From: a virus
DNA: 64,000 bases
Direction: 5' to 3' (one strand)
Virus record (IMG/VR): IMGVR_UViG_3300025853_000045
Location: 1-64,000 of that record
This document shows, piece by piece, positions 52,301 through 59,076 of the stretch; the stretch's first letter is position 1; each line of letters opens with the position of its first letter. Below the pieces are notes generated by a model. The model was not told where the DNA came from and made no database searches. It saw only the letters and a list, made by a program, of their open reading frames with translations. The translations under genes and the position numbers were made by a program.

Positions 52301-53248
52301 TTTCGCTTTACCCGCATACACTTCGCCGGGTCGGAATACAGGGCTTGAGAAAACCTGTTGTTCATACAACTTCTTTGCTCTATCAAGGTCAGCGCGCACT
52401 TTTCGCGGCTCATCAAAATATGCCGCCTGTTCTTCAGGCGTTTTGTATTGCGCGCTAAAGTCTTCACGGTTTGGTTTGGCTTGAGTGACACCTTCCAACA
52501 TGCTTTGCGGTATGTCGCGCAATGACTTTCGACCCGACACTCTTACCATCGAACCTTTCTTTGGTCGCTCTTTGAATTTGCCAAGACTGCGGAACGTTGT
52601 TTCACTCAACGGGTGTCGAGACTTTTCTTTGAAGTATTCCATCAACTTGTTTTTTCCTCGCGGCGAATCAGCGTTGTCAATCCATGCTGTGATGTCAGGT
52701 GGCACGCCATGTGTTTTCATTCGCTTCCCTAATTCACCGTTGTCTTGTTCGTCGATGTCTTTAATGAACTGCAACTCTTGACCGTCTAACGGTTCGCGAC
52801 CGAGCAAATCCGCTTCTTTTTCTAAAAATTCTTCGCTTTGAAAGTGTTCAATCATCTTGTCGAGTGAATCAAGAACGCGCTTCGTAATAATCGGAACAGA
52901 CATCATGCTCGGTATTGCGATGTCACCCTCTTCATCAAGCACTTCGCTGTATCGTTGGTCTTCGTCAAGACCCAATTTATCAGCCAACATATTGTTGTTC
53001 GCGAAAAGAATGTCGTCGTAAAGTTCACCGAAGTCAATGTCACCGACTTCTGTAAATTCATCGTCGTCTTCTTCACCTTCTTTCCAGCGCGGAGGATTTT
53101 TCATCAATTTTTCCATGTATCGCGCCATGAGCCTGTCAGCCAACTGTTGATTGGTTGGTGCTGTGCGCCTCATACCACGCTTGAATCGTCGGACGGTGTC
53201 CTCTTCCTCTTCTTCGTCGGCCTTGATGATACGGACAAAGCGACGCAT
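46325..53248 (-). CDS. Very large hypothetical protein (2,307 aa) with CxxC/DnaJ-type Zn motifs
   Basis: Start moved to MRRFVRIIK|A to avoid overlap with the divergent gene; charged and helical; CVACH, CGTCGG, CPDC, CSQCHGHG. Confidence 0.8.
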   Translation of the reverse strand: MRRFVRIIKADEEEEEDTVRRFKRGMRRTAPTNQQLADRLMARYMEKLMKNPPRWKEGEEDDDEFTEVGDIDFGELYDDILFANNNMLADKLGLDEDQRYSEVLDEEGDIAIPSMMSVPIITKRVLDSLDKMIEHFQSEEFLEKEADLLGREPLDGQELQFIKDIDEQDNGELGKRMKTHGVPPDITAWIDNADSPRGKNKLMEYFKEKSRHPLSETTFRSLGKFKERPKKGSMVRVSGRKSLRDIPQSMLEGVTQAKPNREDFSAQYKTPEEQAAYFDEPRKVRADLDRAKKLYEQQVFSSPVFRPGEVYAGKAKEMNKWKRLIDRKAKDEGLSDVKEAVQLVQEDLNKHMRVFLQNRAVGTAGRGGRFGRAATSIKAPDFVTPSFYEQARKMGVTLESRPNAPDGMTEFFLRGDAPNSEKNRRAIARDPPQFDNEMEAHPALATALDEGILYQLGDEVDSKAKMPEVGVSADIKDVGLQERTERGGDRSARGETANLPSVEEMQREVKGTKGGVKQTKLGRYTASTRRGGGQATVAQDSRLLDLDFMLENDMFEGGRDEYNYLRDQVLNDVTGDYRPTYFSEIPHGDDFPEGHPYHKLDEIQIIKEASKFMDDLVGANRRVVQVRGKLRKSGLSLKEIMDLNLNTEDIYNMNQIVNADDPESALNKQSEKNIERYNTCFEAGVTQQFLNKAARDAEELRNIAEQFGIDPIDIADMGARYANSGFTKEGFDQAFASMFGKLGGDITKGAALRTMYAIKRMNDAHAENTARYEERIAQTKRHIDHHNAKPKEGEELEGLPDKRKEKIIDDEEQCVACHPKHFSSSTPEEARMARDGARTSSIKHKRVMVPQLDFIFNTLTNEDEYIPLFSDDESKTSLAKIAHHVLGEGTEFSTFKSKLERKAKYYQGGRDGVRREIKNQIRKAALKYNEKIEDLDVEFPGIKFKDEKIQPMGGARSSAAQRVAIGHIAGSNFMGDEEREQLRLDNLFNAQMGGLVEALEIMNDVEDGKYQYKEGKKKYNYKVKDFKGRSDIKKFIVNNSKDINLAKKNEAKLRRYQMLQEHLGGIEERYQLAMDAWNKEFGKRVESGNLQEKVNPKGHAIAMQQKAAIAQQHADELNERLHAIRDGHVDMVQDAQMGQREIEIPRYAMGLHNIKIGDSQITVGSLSHLSNQTYRIVDSRPPRKQGENYRLVLDKPLIENVEAGRGAIRFTEVPKNSFLQAGKTLFFEKEAFRDGVKNPADYFKRMKNRISGIESKTEIVRNDEEYNKRRNEYALGALVNCMSYNEKKKKYENLLAPILKEKDEKKQLNMLLKLREQLYTGDDGFPLSTVFMADGEGNTRQSTLYAPDEYMVGQMGASGGTGLTFMDNNKHLPNLSDMAVLQAHSRKYNKRGLSRKQMNAILDAQYNEADMTRARLDILTGNKTIEEEEKEMTENEIAKAIQNSHYTDEELKRIKNGESFDVPFSRGGATACGTCGGNRAVTMNDAISYIRAHNPLLRNAHPQSKAMREHIRKHLRPPNKENFEGSRKEPHEHHHVTCPDCDHENEDSPTGRCADGVCSQCHGHGILHPDDDDWLKGYSMVDDNGVEHSYEGERHNPHHGKSFTTDTLQEKLGRVMGVKGRPSTKSMALEVFKDNVARGMFAPLTNMGTIRELNAKRYGGGDEARRREKTFQDLVAQFRAEQGEEDASPRQMAPASMEDAIERLAQQPQDSAGIDQLPESEVKSDALMRAYHENMIEVRASNMANTAIENGQDKDEVLELLNTVLNHPDKSMSHGDEEHEVSEAMERLHDYATRHLVRSEKQQFSVDKEGRLRGDNPSEYSSLIYEHGRFQTPFESLREIFHPKNAGKPYVMDVEDVLHLFRHSPEFTQAWNRHTGESGFDEEEANKMLNLVTTGRADDKEANDAREKGVKYTPMVKQKLTKMSHPALSALLDEFGFDADRRVDFENVETSSAEPTWTDEIKNQMKQSKRNLYFSRDLKEGEYVHGPVKRKGLDAEYNAEVRNAVKPMWHQFALLTGLKQLCEEYDGLSHVGLHEKIVSANKRVGLSADTRMSPGNFLTLIQNDTPLMTQAYNEAARMLGFQDENDMEKKLTMSKKVAGLKGDDFKEEILNDAKPADVTPHSIPNAQQVFKESVAVNYSASEEARQQDKQMHDLMWKVAEHEYTPNVVYDQKMMDLMEKGGFASAEEVSQAASEGKLNQAEMKEFENVIKGINGFHPTWQHGRFDDLHIYDSIAHRRHAGTPIQSTAQRPVSLAPPVAPQKQPTTVSQMPSPRIPMTPQQQLETAGLPQFQLFPRPNVPQLGEDDSQ

Positions 53249-53320
53249 TGTTATAGCGCACGACAACCATGCCCTTGAAGATAGCGGTATTTCTTTAATC
53301 GCGAATAGCATGCGTTGTTT

Positions 53321-53944
53321 ATGGGCGCGCCGTTTGCACAGTCTTGGGCGTTTCTCAAAGCCGAGGCTTACATCAATATGAATAGTGATGTTCACAATCA
53401 AACTATTGTTCCTCAAGTTGAGGGTGGTATGCATAGTCCAAAAGGCACTTTCATCTCTTCACTACCGCGCTATCAACAACCAAGACCCGATGGACCAAAT
53501 TACCGACGCGGGGGTTCAGTTCCGCGTAATTGGGATGAAAAACACGGCAATCAGCGATTTACGGGAGTGAATGTCGCTAACCAATGGCAACACCTTCGCG
53601 ACGAAAATCCAACCGTTGACGAGGAAGAATTGCAAGATTCATTTGCTGATAAGTTCGCTACTGCTTCTGCACATGAGGATGTTCACGGTTTGACAGACGC
53701 CGAAATAGGCACATGGGCGGCACACGCGGTTGGTGGTTTCCCTGCCAATTTAGCGGCAACCAACTTTTCTGTTCCTAAAAATCGCGTAAAAGATTGGAAA
53801 ACGCTTCGCGACATGGCTCATGAATATGGTGCTTACAGCCTAACTGAACCCGAAGCAAAGAAGCGGAAAATGGAGTATTACCACTTTGCTCCTTATTTGA
53901 CGGGTGAAAAGGATATTTCAGAATTACATTCGGGTTCGCGTTAA
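53321..53944 (+). CDS. Putative zinc metallopeptidase-like protein (207 aa) with SW..K leader
   Basis: HEDVH (53672-53686) plus downstream HEYGAY Glu; starts MGAPFAQSWAFLK|A; TTTAAT about 25 nt upstream. Confidence 0.6.
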   Translation: MGAPFAQSWAFLKAEAYINMNSDVHNQTIVPQVEGGMHSPKGTFISSLPRYQQPRPDGPNYRRGGSVPRNWDEKHGNQRFTGVNVANQWQHLRDENPTVDEEELQDSFADKFATASAHEDVHGLTDAEIGTWAAHAVGGFPANLAATNFSVPKNRVKDWKTLRDMAHEYGAYSLTEPEAKKRKMEYYHFAPYLTGEKDISELHSGSR

Positions 53945-53963
53945 TTTTTTTGAAATTTTTTTT
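53942..53963 (+). terminator. Oligo-T tracts, archaeal-type terminator candidate
   Basis: taatttttttgaaattttttttg directly at the stop codon. Confidence 0.5.
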
Positions 53964-53989
53964 GACCCCACGAAAAAAATGTCTGTATT

Positions 53990-54357
53990 TCGCACGCGGT
54001 TAAGCAGGGCAAATTGTCGCGCGAGAAGCGCGACTCCGCCTAAGCGCGATAAGCAATTTGCCCGCGAGAGGGCGCATCGCGTGAAGCGCGATGCGTCGCA
54101 GTCGCGCGAAGCGCGGACGCTCAGGCGCGATGCAATTGTGAGCGACGCCTATGTCGCGATGCTTCATATATCGCGATGCATCCGCGACAAGCGAAATATC
54201 GCGCGGGGTTGTTCGCGCCGACATCTTATCGCGATACTCATTCTGTCGCGCTCCAACCATACGGTTGCATCGCGCTGTTGCATTGCTTCTTCGCAACATA
54301 GCGCGATAACCAAGCAACCCGCGATTTAGGCAGGGGGGGTATATAAGTGAACGCGGA
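53990..54357. other. CGCG-dense non-coding junction between divergent genome arms
   Basis: More than 20 CGCG tetramers in about 365 bp; no credible ORF. Confidence 0.7.
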
Positions 54358-54380
54358 ATATGTATAGACTCTCGGAGGTA
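54330..54380 (+). promoter_or_regulatory. TATA-box promoter and Shine-Dalgarno site of the first plus-strand gene
   Basis: G-run then TATATAAG (~54340-54347); GGAGGT shortly before ATG 54386. Confidence 0.65.
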
Positions 54381-54385
54381 CAAAA

Positions 54386-55468
54386 ATGTCAGAAGACTTA
54401 ACCCTGCAAATTGAAGCATGTGGTTCTCTTGTCATGAGTGGTTTGAAACTAATTCAATCCGCTCCTGTCAAGGAAGCCAAGACAAAGGGCGACAAGCACA
54501 AACTGTGTGCTGAACTCGTCCGTCAAATGAACAACACCCCAACCAACGGTGGCCCATCGTTGTTGTATGCCATCCGAGACCATGTAGTTTCGGAGGGTAT
54601 CGACAACACAACGATGTCCAAGACAGTTGAGAAGAAGGCGAACGGTAAACCGTCGTCCTTCAACATAGGCAATCAAGCCTACAACATCCTTGCGGATGTC
54701 CTCAACGCTGTCAGGGCTCAACTACCGAAGGGCCTCAAGAAGGTGAACACAACAGCACTCAAAACTGCTTGTGTCGCTCTCGTTGAAGCCTGTTGGCCTG
54801 AATCGGATGAAGAAGACGACGACATCGTTTTCGACTTCTCCGACTCCGACGATGAACCAACGGTTGATGACCTCGATGAAGATGACTTCGACGACGATGA
54901 AGATACTGAGGCGTCTGTTTCAGGTTCTTTCATCGACATCGACCTCATCAAGGCCAAAGCATCAGAACCATCTGTTGTTGAGAACGCTTTCGCTCTCTAT
55001 ACCAACGATGACAACGTTGATGCTAACGGTGGCTTTTTCCGTTTCTATAACGGCAAGGGCAGAACATCGAAGCCTCTTCATCACAACACCCGTTCACCAC
55101 TTGAACAGTTCAAGGCTACTGTCTGCAACTACATGATGGCTAACCTTTCGGGTCTCTCATGGACTCGACAGAACAAGCAGAACGAGAACGTCTTTATCCC
55201 AACTCCAAAAGAGAACAGGGACATAGGACGTCGAGTTGTCTCGGCTGTCATGATTCTTTCAGGTGTAACCAAATTCAACCATGACCTTCGCAAATACATC
55301 AGCGATGATACCATTGGTCGAATCTGTTCCGCTATCTTCGGTGAAGTCCCTGACTCATCCAACCTTAAGTCTCGACATGGTTGGACATTGCCGTATGAAC
55401 GTGGTAACACCGCTTCTTCATCTGTTGATGATGAAGCATACACCATGAACGTCATCAACCTGCTTTGA
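54386..55468 (+). CDS. Hypothetical early protein (360 aa), two domains joined by an Asp/Glu linker
   Basis: Has its own promoter, ribosome site and terminator; acidic tract ESDEEDDD...DDFDDDED. Confidence 0.8.
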   Translation: MSEDLTLQIEACGSLVMSGLKLIQSAPVKEAKTKGDKHKLCAELVRQMNNTPTNGGPSLLYAIRDHVVSEGIDNTTMSKTVEKKANGKPSSFNIGNQAYNILADVLNAVRAQLPKGLKKVNTTALKTACVALVEACWPESDEEDDDIVFDFSDSDDEPTVDDLDEDDFDDDEDTEASVSGSFIDIDLIKAKASEPSVVENAFALYTNDDNVDANGGFFRFYNGKGRTSKPLHHNTRSPLEQFKATVCNYMMANLSGLSWTRQNKQNENVFIPTPKENRDIGRRVVSAVMILSGVTKFNHDLRKYISDDTIGRICSAIFGEVPDSSNLKSRHGWTLPYERGNTASSSVDDEAYTMNVINLL

Positions 55469-55541
55469 TTCGGTCTGCATTGAACCCTTAGTCGCCAACA
55501 ACGACACCCTTCTCATGGCTTGCATCCTACTGCACCCCTTT

Positions 55542-55584
55542 GGATGACCGCCCCGCTTCGGTGGGGTTGGTCATCCTTTTTTTT
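55542..55584 (+). terminator. Hairpin (UUCG loop) plus T8 terminator
   Basis: ggatgacc-g-ccccgc-TTCG-gtgggg-tt-ggtcatcc-tttttttt. Confidence 0.8.
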
Positions 55585-55631
55585 ATGCCTCGCAAATGTG
55601 ATGTCCCATCACATTTGCTCTTCTTTGGCAT

Positions 55632-55668
55632 AAACAGACGTCGACCAACCATACGGTTGCGTCTGTTT
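55632..55668. promoter_or_regulatory. Inverted repeat containing operator-like CCAACCATACGGTTGC (second copy at 54253-54268)
   Basis: aaacagacg-tcgac-caacc-atac-ggttg-cgtctgttt; the 16-mer is identical at 54253-54268. Confidence 0.6.
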
Positions 55669-55890
55669 GTTTTCACACTCACAGCGAGAAAATATCTCGC
55701 TCTCTTATCGAACACGCACAATTCCTGACCTGTTCGACATAACATTCCACGCTGTTCAATCAGCATATCACATTCACCCTCGTCGTGATTCATTCACGAT
55801 GATGCACAATCATAGACACGGTATCCAAGATGTTCTCATCCGCGTCTATTAACAACACCAAGACGAACCTTTATCGCGAATCTTATGTTG

Positions 55891-55950
55891 TTCTTATAAT
55901 AATAAGTAGTATATTATTATCATAATAAATAGAGAATATCAAGAATCATA
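55891..55950. promoter_or_regulatory. AT-rich island upstream of the plus-strand operon
   Basis: ttcttataataataagtagtatattattatcataataaa; shares words with 46258-46327. Confidence 0.55.
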
Positions 55951-55983
55951 GTCCAATGGACACACAAATGGAAGTGAAAAAAA

Positions 55984-56394
55984 ATGAACAAACAAAGAAA
56001 CATGATACACATAATGATTGATGGTAAATGGTATGAAGGGAGCGACAACAGAAATGCTTCTCCCCTCTTACCTTCTCCTGTTGCAAGGCCAATGCCTGAC
56101 CACATGCAGACAATCCTGAACAACGTTGCAGAACGAGCGAAGATTGAGCGACGCTACTCAGTATCAGACGCACACTACGTTTTCTGTCGCTACGGCGTTG
56201 ATGGTTCTCCCATCACTCGTTCTGTTCAAATCGTCAACGGTGACAACTTCGACTTCTTCGTTGAAGACATCGAAAAGCATGACGGATTCACAGTCGAAGA
56301 CGGAGGACTTGTTCGTGTCTTATTCAACGGCAACCTACACGACTGTGCTTCATGGCACATCTGCAAAGACGGATTCATAGGTGATGAAGAATGA
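55984..56394 (+). CDS. Hypothetical protein (136 aa)
   Basis: First of a translationally coupled run of plus-strand ORFs. Confidence 0.7.
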   Translation: MNKQRNMIHIMIDGKWYEGSDNRNASPLLPSPVARPMPDHMQTILNNVAERAKIERRYSVSDAHYVFCRYGVDGSPITRSVQIVNGDNFDFFVEDIEKHDGFTVEDGGLVRVLFNGNLHDCASWHICKDGFIGDEE

Positions 56395-56738
56395 GCCTCC
56401 CTACATACATAGGATTTCAATTTACATACCCTGAAGACCACGTTCATTATGAATATCCTAATGCTCATCCTCGATGGAACGAGATGACAGCCGAAGAACG
56501 AATGGAATACATGGACGCATGGATGGAACACGACAAGGAACAGCGATACGTCGCTCAATTGTTGAAGCCTCACGTTTGGATTGTCCAATTCAAATGGGAA
56601 CGATGCATTCACTTTGTCGGTAAGACATTGACAGACTGCATTCGATTCTGTCGCGACCAAGATTGGGTTGAAGAAGATACGAATACAATCTATGACCATA
56701 TCACTATCAACATTCACAACATACAGGAGTGGGAATAA
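56391..56738 (+). CDS. Hypothetical protein (115 aa)
   Basis: ATGA overlap; AGGTGA ribosome site. Confidence 0.7.
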   Translation: MSLPTYIGFQFTYPEDHVHYEYPNAHPRWNEMTAEERMEYMDAWMEHDKEQRYVAQLLKPHVWIVQFKWERCIHFVGKTLTDCIRFCRDQDWVEEDTNTIYDHITINIHNIQEWE

Positions 56739-57248
56739 ATGACAAACGAAACGAAAATACTGACAGCACTACTTGACCCGAACGGAACAGACAATTACCT
56801 AATGCACACAACTGTTGGGCGCAACATAACTATCCGACACAACGGTCGCGATAACGCCATCATCATTGAGCATGGCGACAAGCGAATCATGATTGCAATG
56901 GGTAAAGAAAATTCATTGGACAAACTCGTCCCTTTCATGAGAGCGAAGAAAGGCGTCCGAGAATTTGACACCTATCGACAACCACTCACACAAACAAAAG
57001 GTGGTGAAGATGGAAAGGGTATTCCTTCTGTCTTCAATTTCAAAATCATGGAGCGATTGACACCACTTGAACAACACATCATTGACAATCTCGACATCCC
57101 TGATGTGGATGGTGGATTTGTTATGCGCCCTGTTGATACGATACGCTATCGTATGTTAGACCATAGCAAAATCGTCATCCCTGAAACCCTTGACTATCTC
57201 ATCAACGACGATGGAGAAATCATTCACCCTGCGGAGGAAGAAGAATGA
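56739..57248 (+). CDS. Hypothetical protein (169 aa)
   Basis: Abuts the upstream stop; GGAGTGG ribosome site. Confidence 0.7.
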   Translation: MTNETKILTALLDPNGTDNYLMHTTVGRNITIRHNGRDNAIIIEHGDKRIMIAMGKENSLDKLVPFMRAKKGVREFDTYRQPLTQTKGGEDGKGIPSVFNFKIMERLTPLEQHIIDNLDIPDVDGGFVMRPVDTIRYRMLDHSKIVIPETLDYLINDDGEIIHPAEEEE

Positions 57249-57505
57249 CTGACGAATTGAAGACACGAATCGAAACAGACGAATACATTTACGAAGAATA
57301 CTTTGACGCGACTCAAGGTATCGACCAACAACCAACACCCTCAATGACTGCATGGAATCGCTCGATGCGTTCCTTGTTTCACTTGCAACACAAAACAGAC
57401 GCCCCTGAAAATCAGGATTGCCTCAAGCACATTTACGAAGAGCGCAACAAAAAGAACCGTTGCGTCTGTGACGAATGCTTTGAAGGAGATGAAGAAAATG
57501 ATTGA
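57245..57505 (+). CDS. Hypothetical protein with Cys cluster (86 aa)
   Basis: ATGA overlap; GGAGG ribosome site; CLKH...CVCDEC. Confidence 0.65.
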   Translation: MTDELKTRIETDEYIYEEYFDATQGIDQQPTPSMTAWNRSMRSLFHLQHKTDAPENQDCLKHIYEERNKKNRCVCDECFEGDEEND

Positions 57506-59039
57506 GAAACCTATGACCAAAGAAGAAACAACCGAATTGATACGAAAAGCAATGGGTGGAACACCAACCGCTGAAATCATTGAAGCAACAGCACGCCGAT
57601 GGCAAAGCGAAGCATTCAGTCATTGGCTCGGACTCCCTGATGACGAACGCCGAATGACTGTTCAGGCCGCGACAGGTTCAGGTAAGACACGCCTTGCAAT
57701 CATGTGCATCATGGAACACATCAGAAGATACGGCGACAAAGGAGTTGTCGTCATGGCTGTGCCATCGAAAGATTTGGTTCAGCAAACAGGCGAACGCCTT
57801 CGTGGATTCTCGATACGATACGCGAGAGTCTCTTCCCAATACGGCAATGAGTATATGCTCAAGCGACCCGTTTACATCACCACTTACCACTCACTTGACA
57901 AAGTAAGCAACAACAAACATGTTGTTGGTAAGAACATCCTATTCATCGGAGACGAATGCCACAAGATAGGCGCAACAAGAACAAGAGAACGTCTCGCTCA
58001 CTTTCAAGGAGACGCCTGTCTCCTTCTCTCCGCTACACCTCGACGAGGTGATGGCTTATCCGTCATGCAAATCATGAACGCGCCAATCAGATACACACTC
58101 AACCTTGTTGATGGTATCGCACAATCGCGAAGTGGCGGTGGCGAATTGGATTACACCATACACCACGTCGCTCTCACTCTCACACCTTCGGAGCAATTTC
58201 ATCTAAGCGAACTCGATGAGCAAGTTAAGACGCTCAAGTATGTTGCTTTGGGTGCGCTCAAAGAGTTGGGTCGCATATCGGGCAACGACGGAACTGTCGA
58301 AGACATCATGCTCTATTCAAACGCTGACGTTGAAGAGGTTGGATGGTATAAAGCAAAGACGATGGAGCGTAAGCGAGCCGAGACCAAGATTGCAGACAGG
58401 ATGTCTGCTGTCGTCGCACTACTGCGAATGCACGTTGGTAAGAAATTCGTCATCTTCCATGAGTCCATCATCGGTCTTGAGATTATTGCACAGTTGTGTC
58501 GCGACGAAGGTATCAACCCACACATTTACCACAGCGGATTGGAGTTGTCGCAAGAAGACATCGAGAATTACCCTGAATTTATTACGCCTGATTTGTTTGA
58601 CCGACTCCACGAATACAAGAAGAACGCGAACAAACACTTGACTCGATGGAAGGAATCAGCGAGTGACTTCCTACTTACTTGTAAAGCATTGAAGGAAGGA
58701 TTCGATGCGCCTGATATGGATGGCGTCGTCATGGTATCAGGAACAAACGCTACTCGCTCTCGCATTCAAACGATTGGCCGTGTGTTTCGCGGTTCATCTC
58801 ACAAAGACATTTACTATTTCGTCTCACCTTCTGCAACGACTGACAGAAATTCAGGGGATGAGAAGTCATTCCACAACGTCATGAGAGAATCAGGAATGGA
58901 ATACAGCAAAGTCAAATACACATCAACACAGATGCTTGAATCTTTCACCGCGTCTGTTTCTTACGGCGAAGTGCATGGATTGCATTTGCCTGAAGAAGAA
59001 GAAGAAATGTTCGACCTCACACTTGGGGAAGAAGAATGA
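57498..59039 (+). CDS. Superfamily 2 DExH helicase, XPB/Rad25/ResIII-like (~513 aa)
   Basis: RRWQ, AATGSGKT, VPSKDLVQQ, DECH, LSATP, EGFDAP, QTIGRVFR. Confidence 0.92.
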   Translation: MIEKPMTKEETTELIRKAMGGTPTAEIIEATARRWQSEAFSHWLGLPDDERRMTVQAATGSGKTRLAIMCIMEHIRRYGDKGVVVMAVPSKDLVQQTGERLRGFSIRYARVSSQYGNEYMLKRPVYITTYHSLDKVSNNKHVVGKNILFIGDECHKIGATRTRERLAHFQGDACLLLSATPRRGDGLSVMQIMNAPIRYTLNLVDGIAQSRSGGGELDYTIHHVALTLTPSEQFHLSELDEQVKTLKYVALGALKELGRISGNDGTVEDIMLYSNADVEEVGWYKAKTMERKRAETKIADRMSAVVALLRMHVGKKFVIFHESIIGLEIIAQLCRDEGINPHIYHSGLELSQEDIENYPEFITPDLFDRLHEYKKNANKHLTRWKESASDFLLTCKALKEGFDAPDMDGVVMVSGTNATRSRIQTIGRVFRGSSHKDIYYFVSPSATTDRNSGDEKSFHNVMRESGMEYSKVKYTSTQMLESFTASVSYGEVHGLHLPEEEEEMFDLTLGEEE

Positions 59040-59076
59040 TAGTCCACGCGACAAACAAAAAAAAGGAGGAACAAAA

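Noticed and set aside
53249-53434. Track N-terminal extensions of 46325..53434 (also 30692..31249, 42997..43545, 39011..40864, 58936..59727)
   Set aside because: The extensions overlap neighbouring genes; downstream starts have better ribosome-site or promoter context.
53904-54435. Arg/Ala-rich ORFs across the CGCG island
   Set aside because: Their composition simply reflects CGCG words; no ribosome site; they overlap the terminator and promoter.
55667-55852. ORF containing DLFDITF as another MFDLTL copy
   Set aside because: No start context, weak match and no acidic flank.
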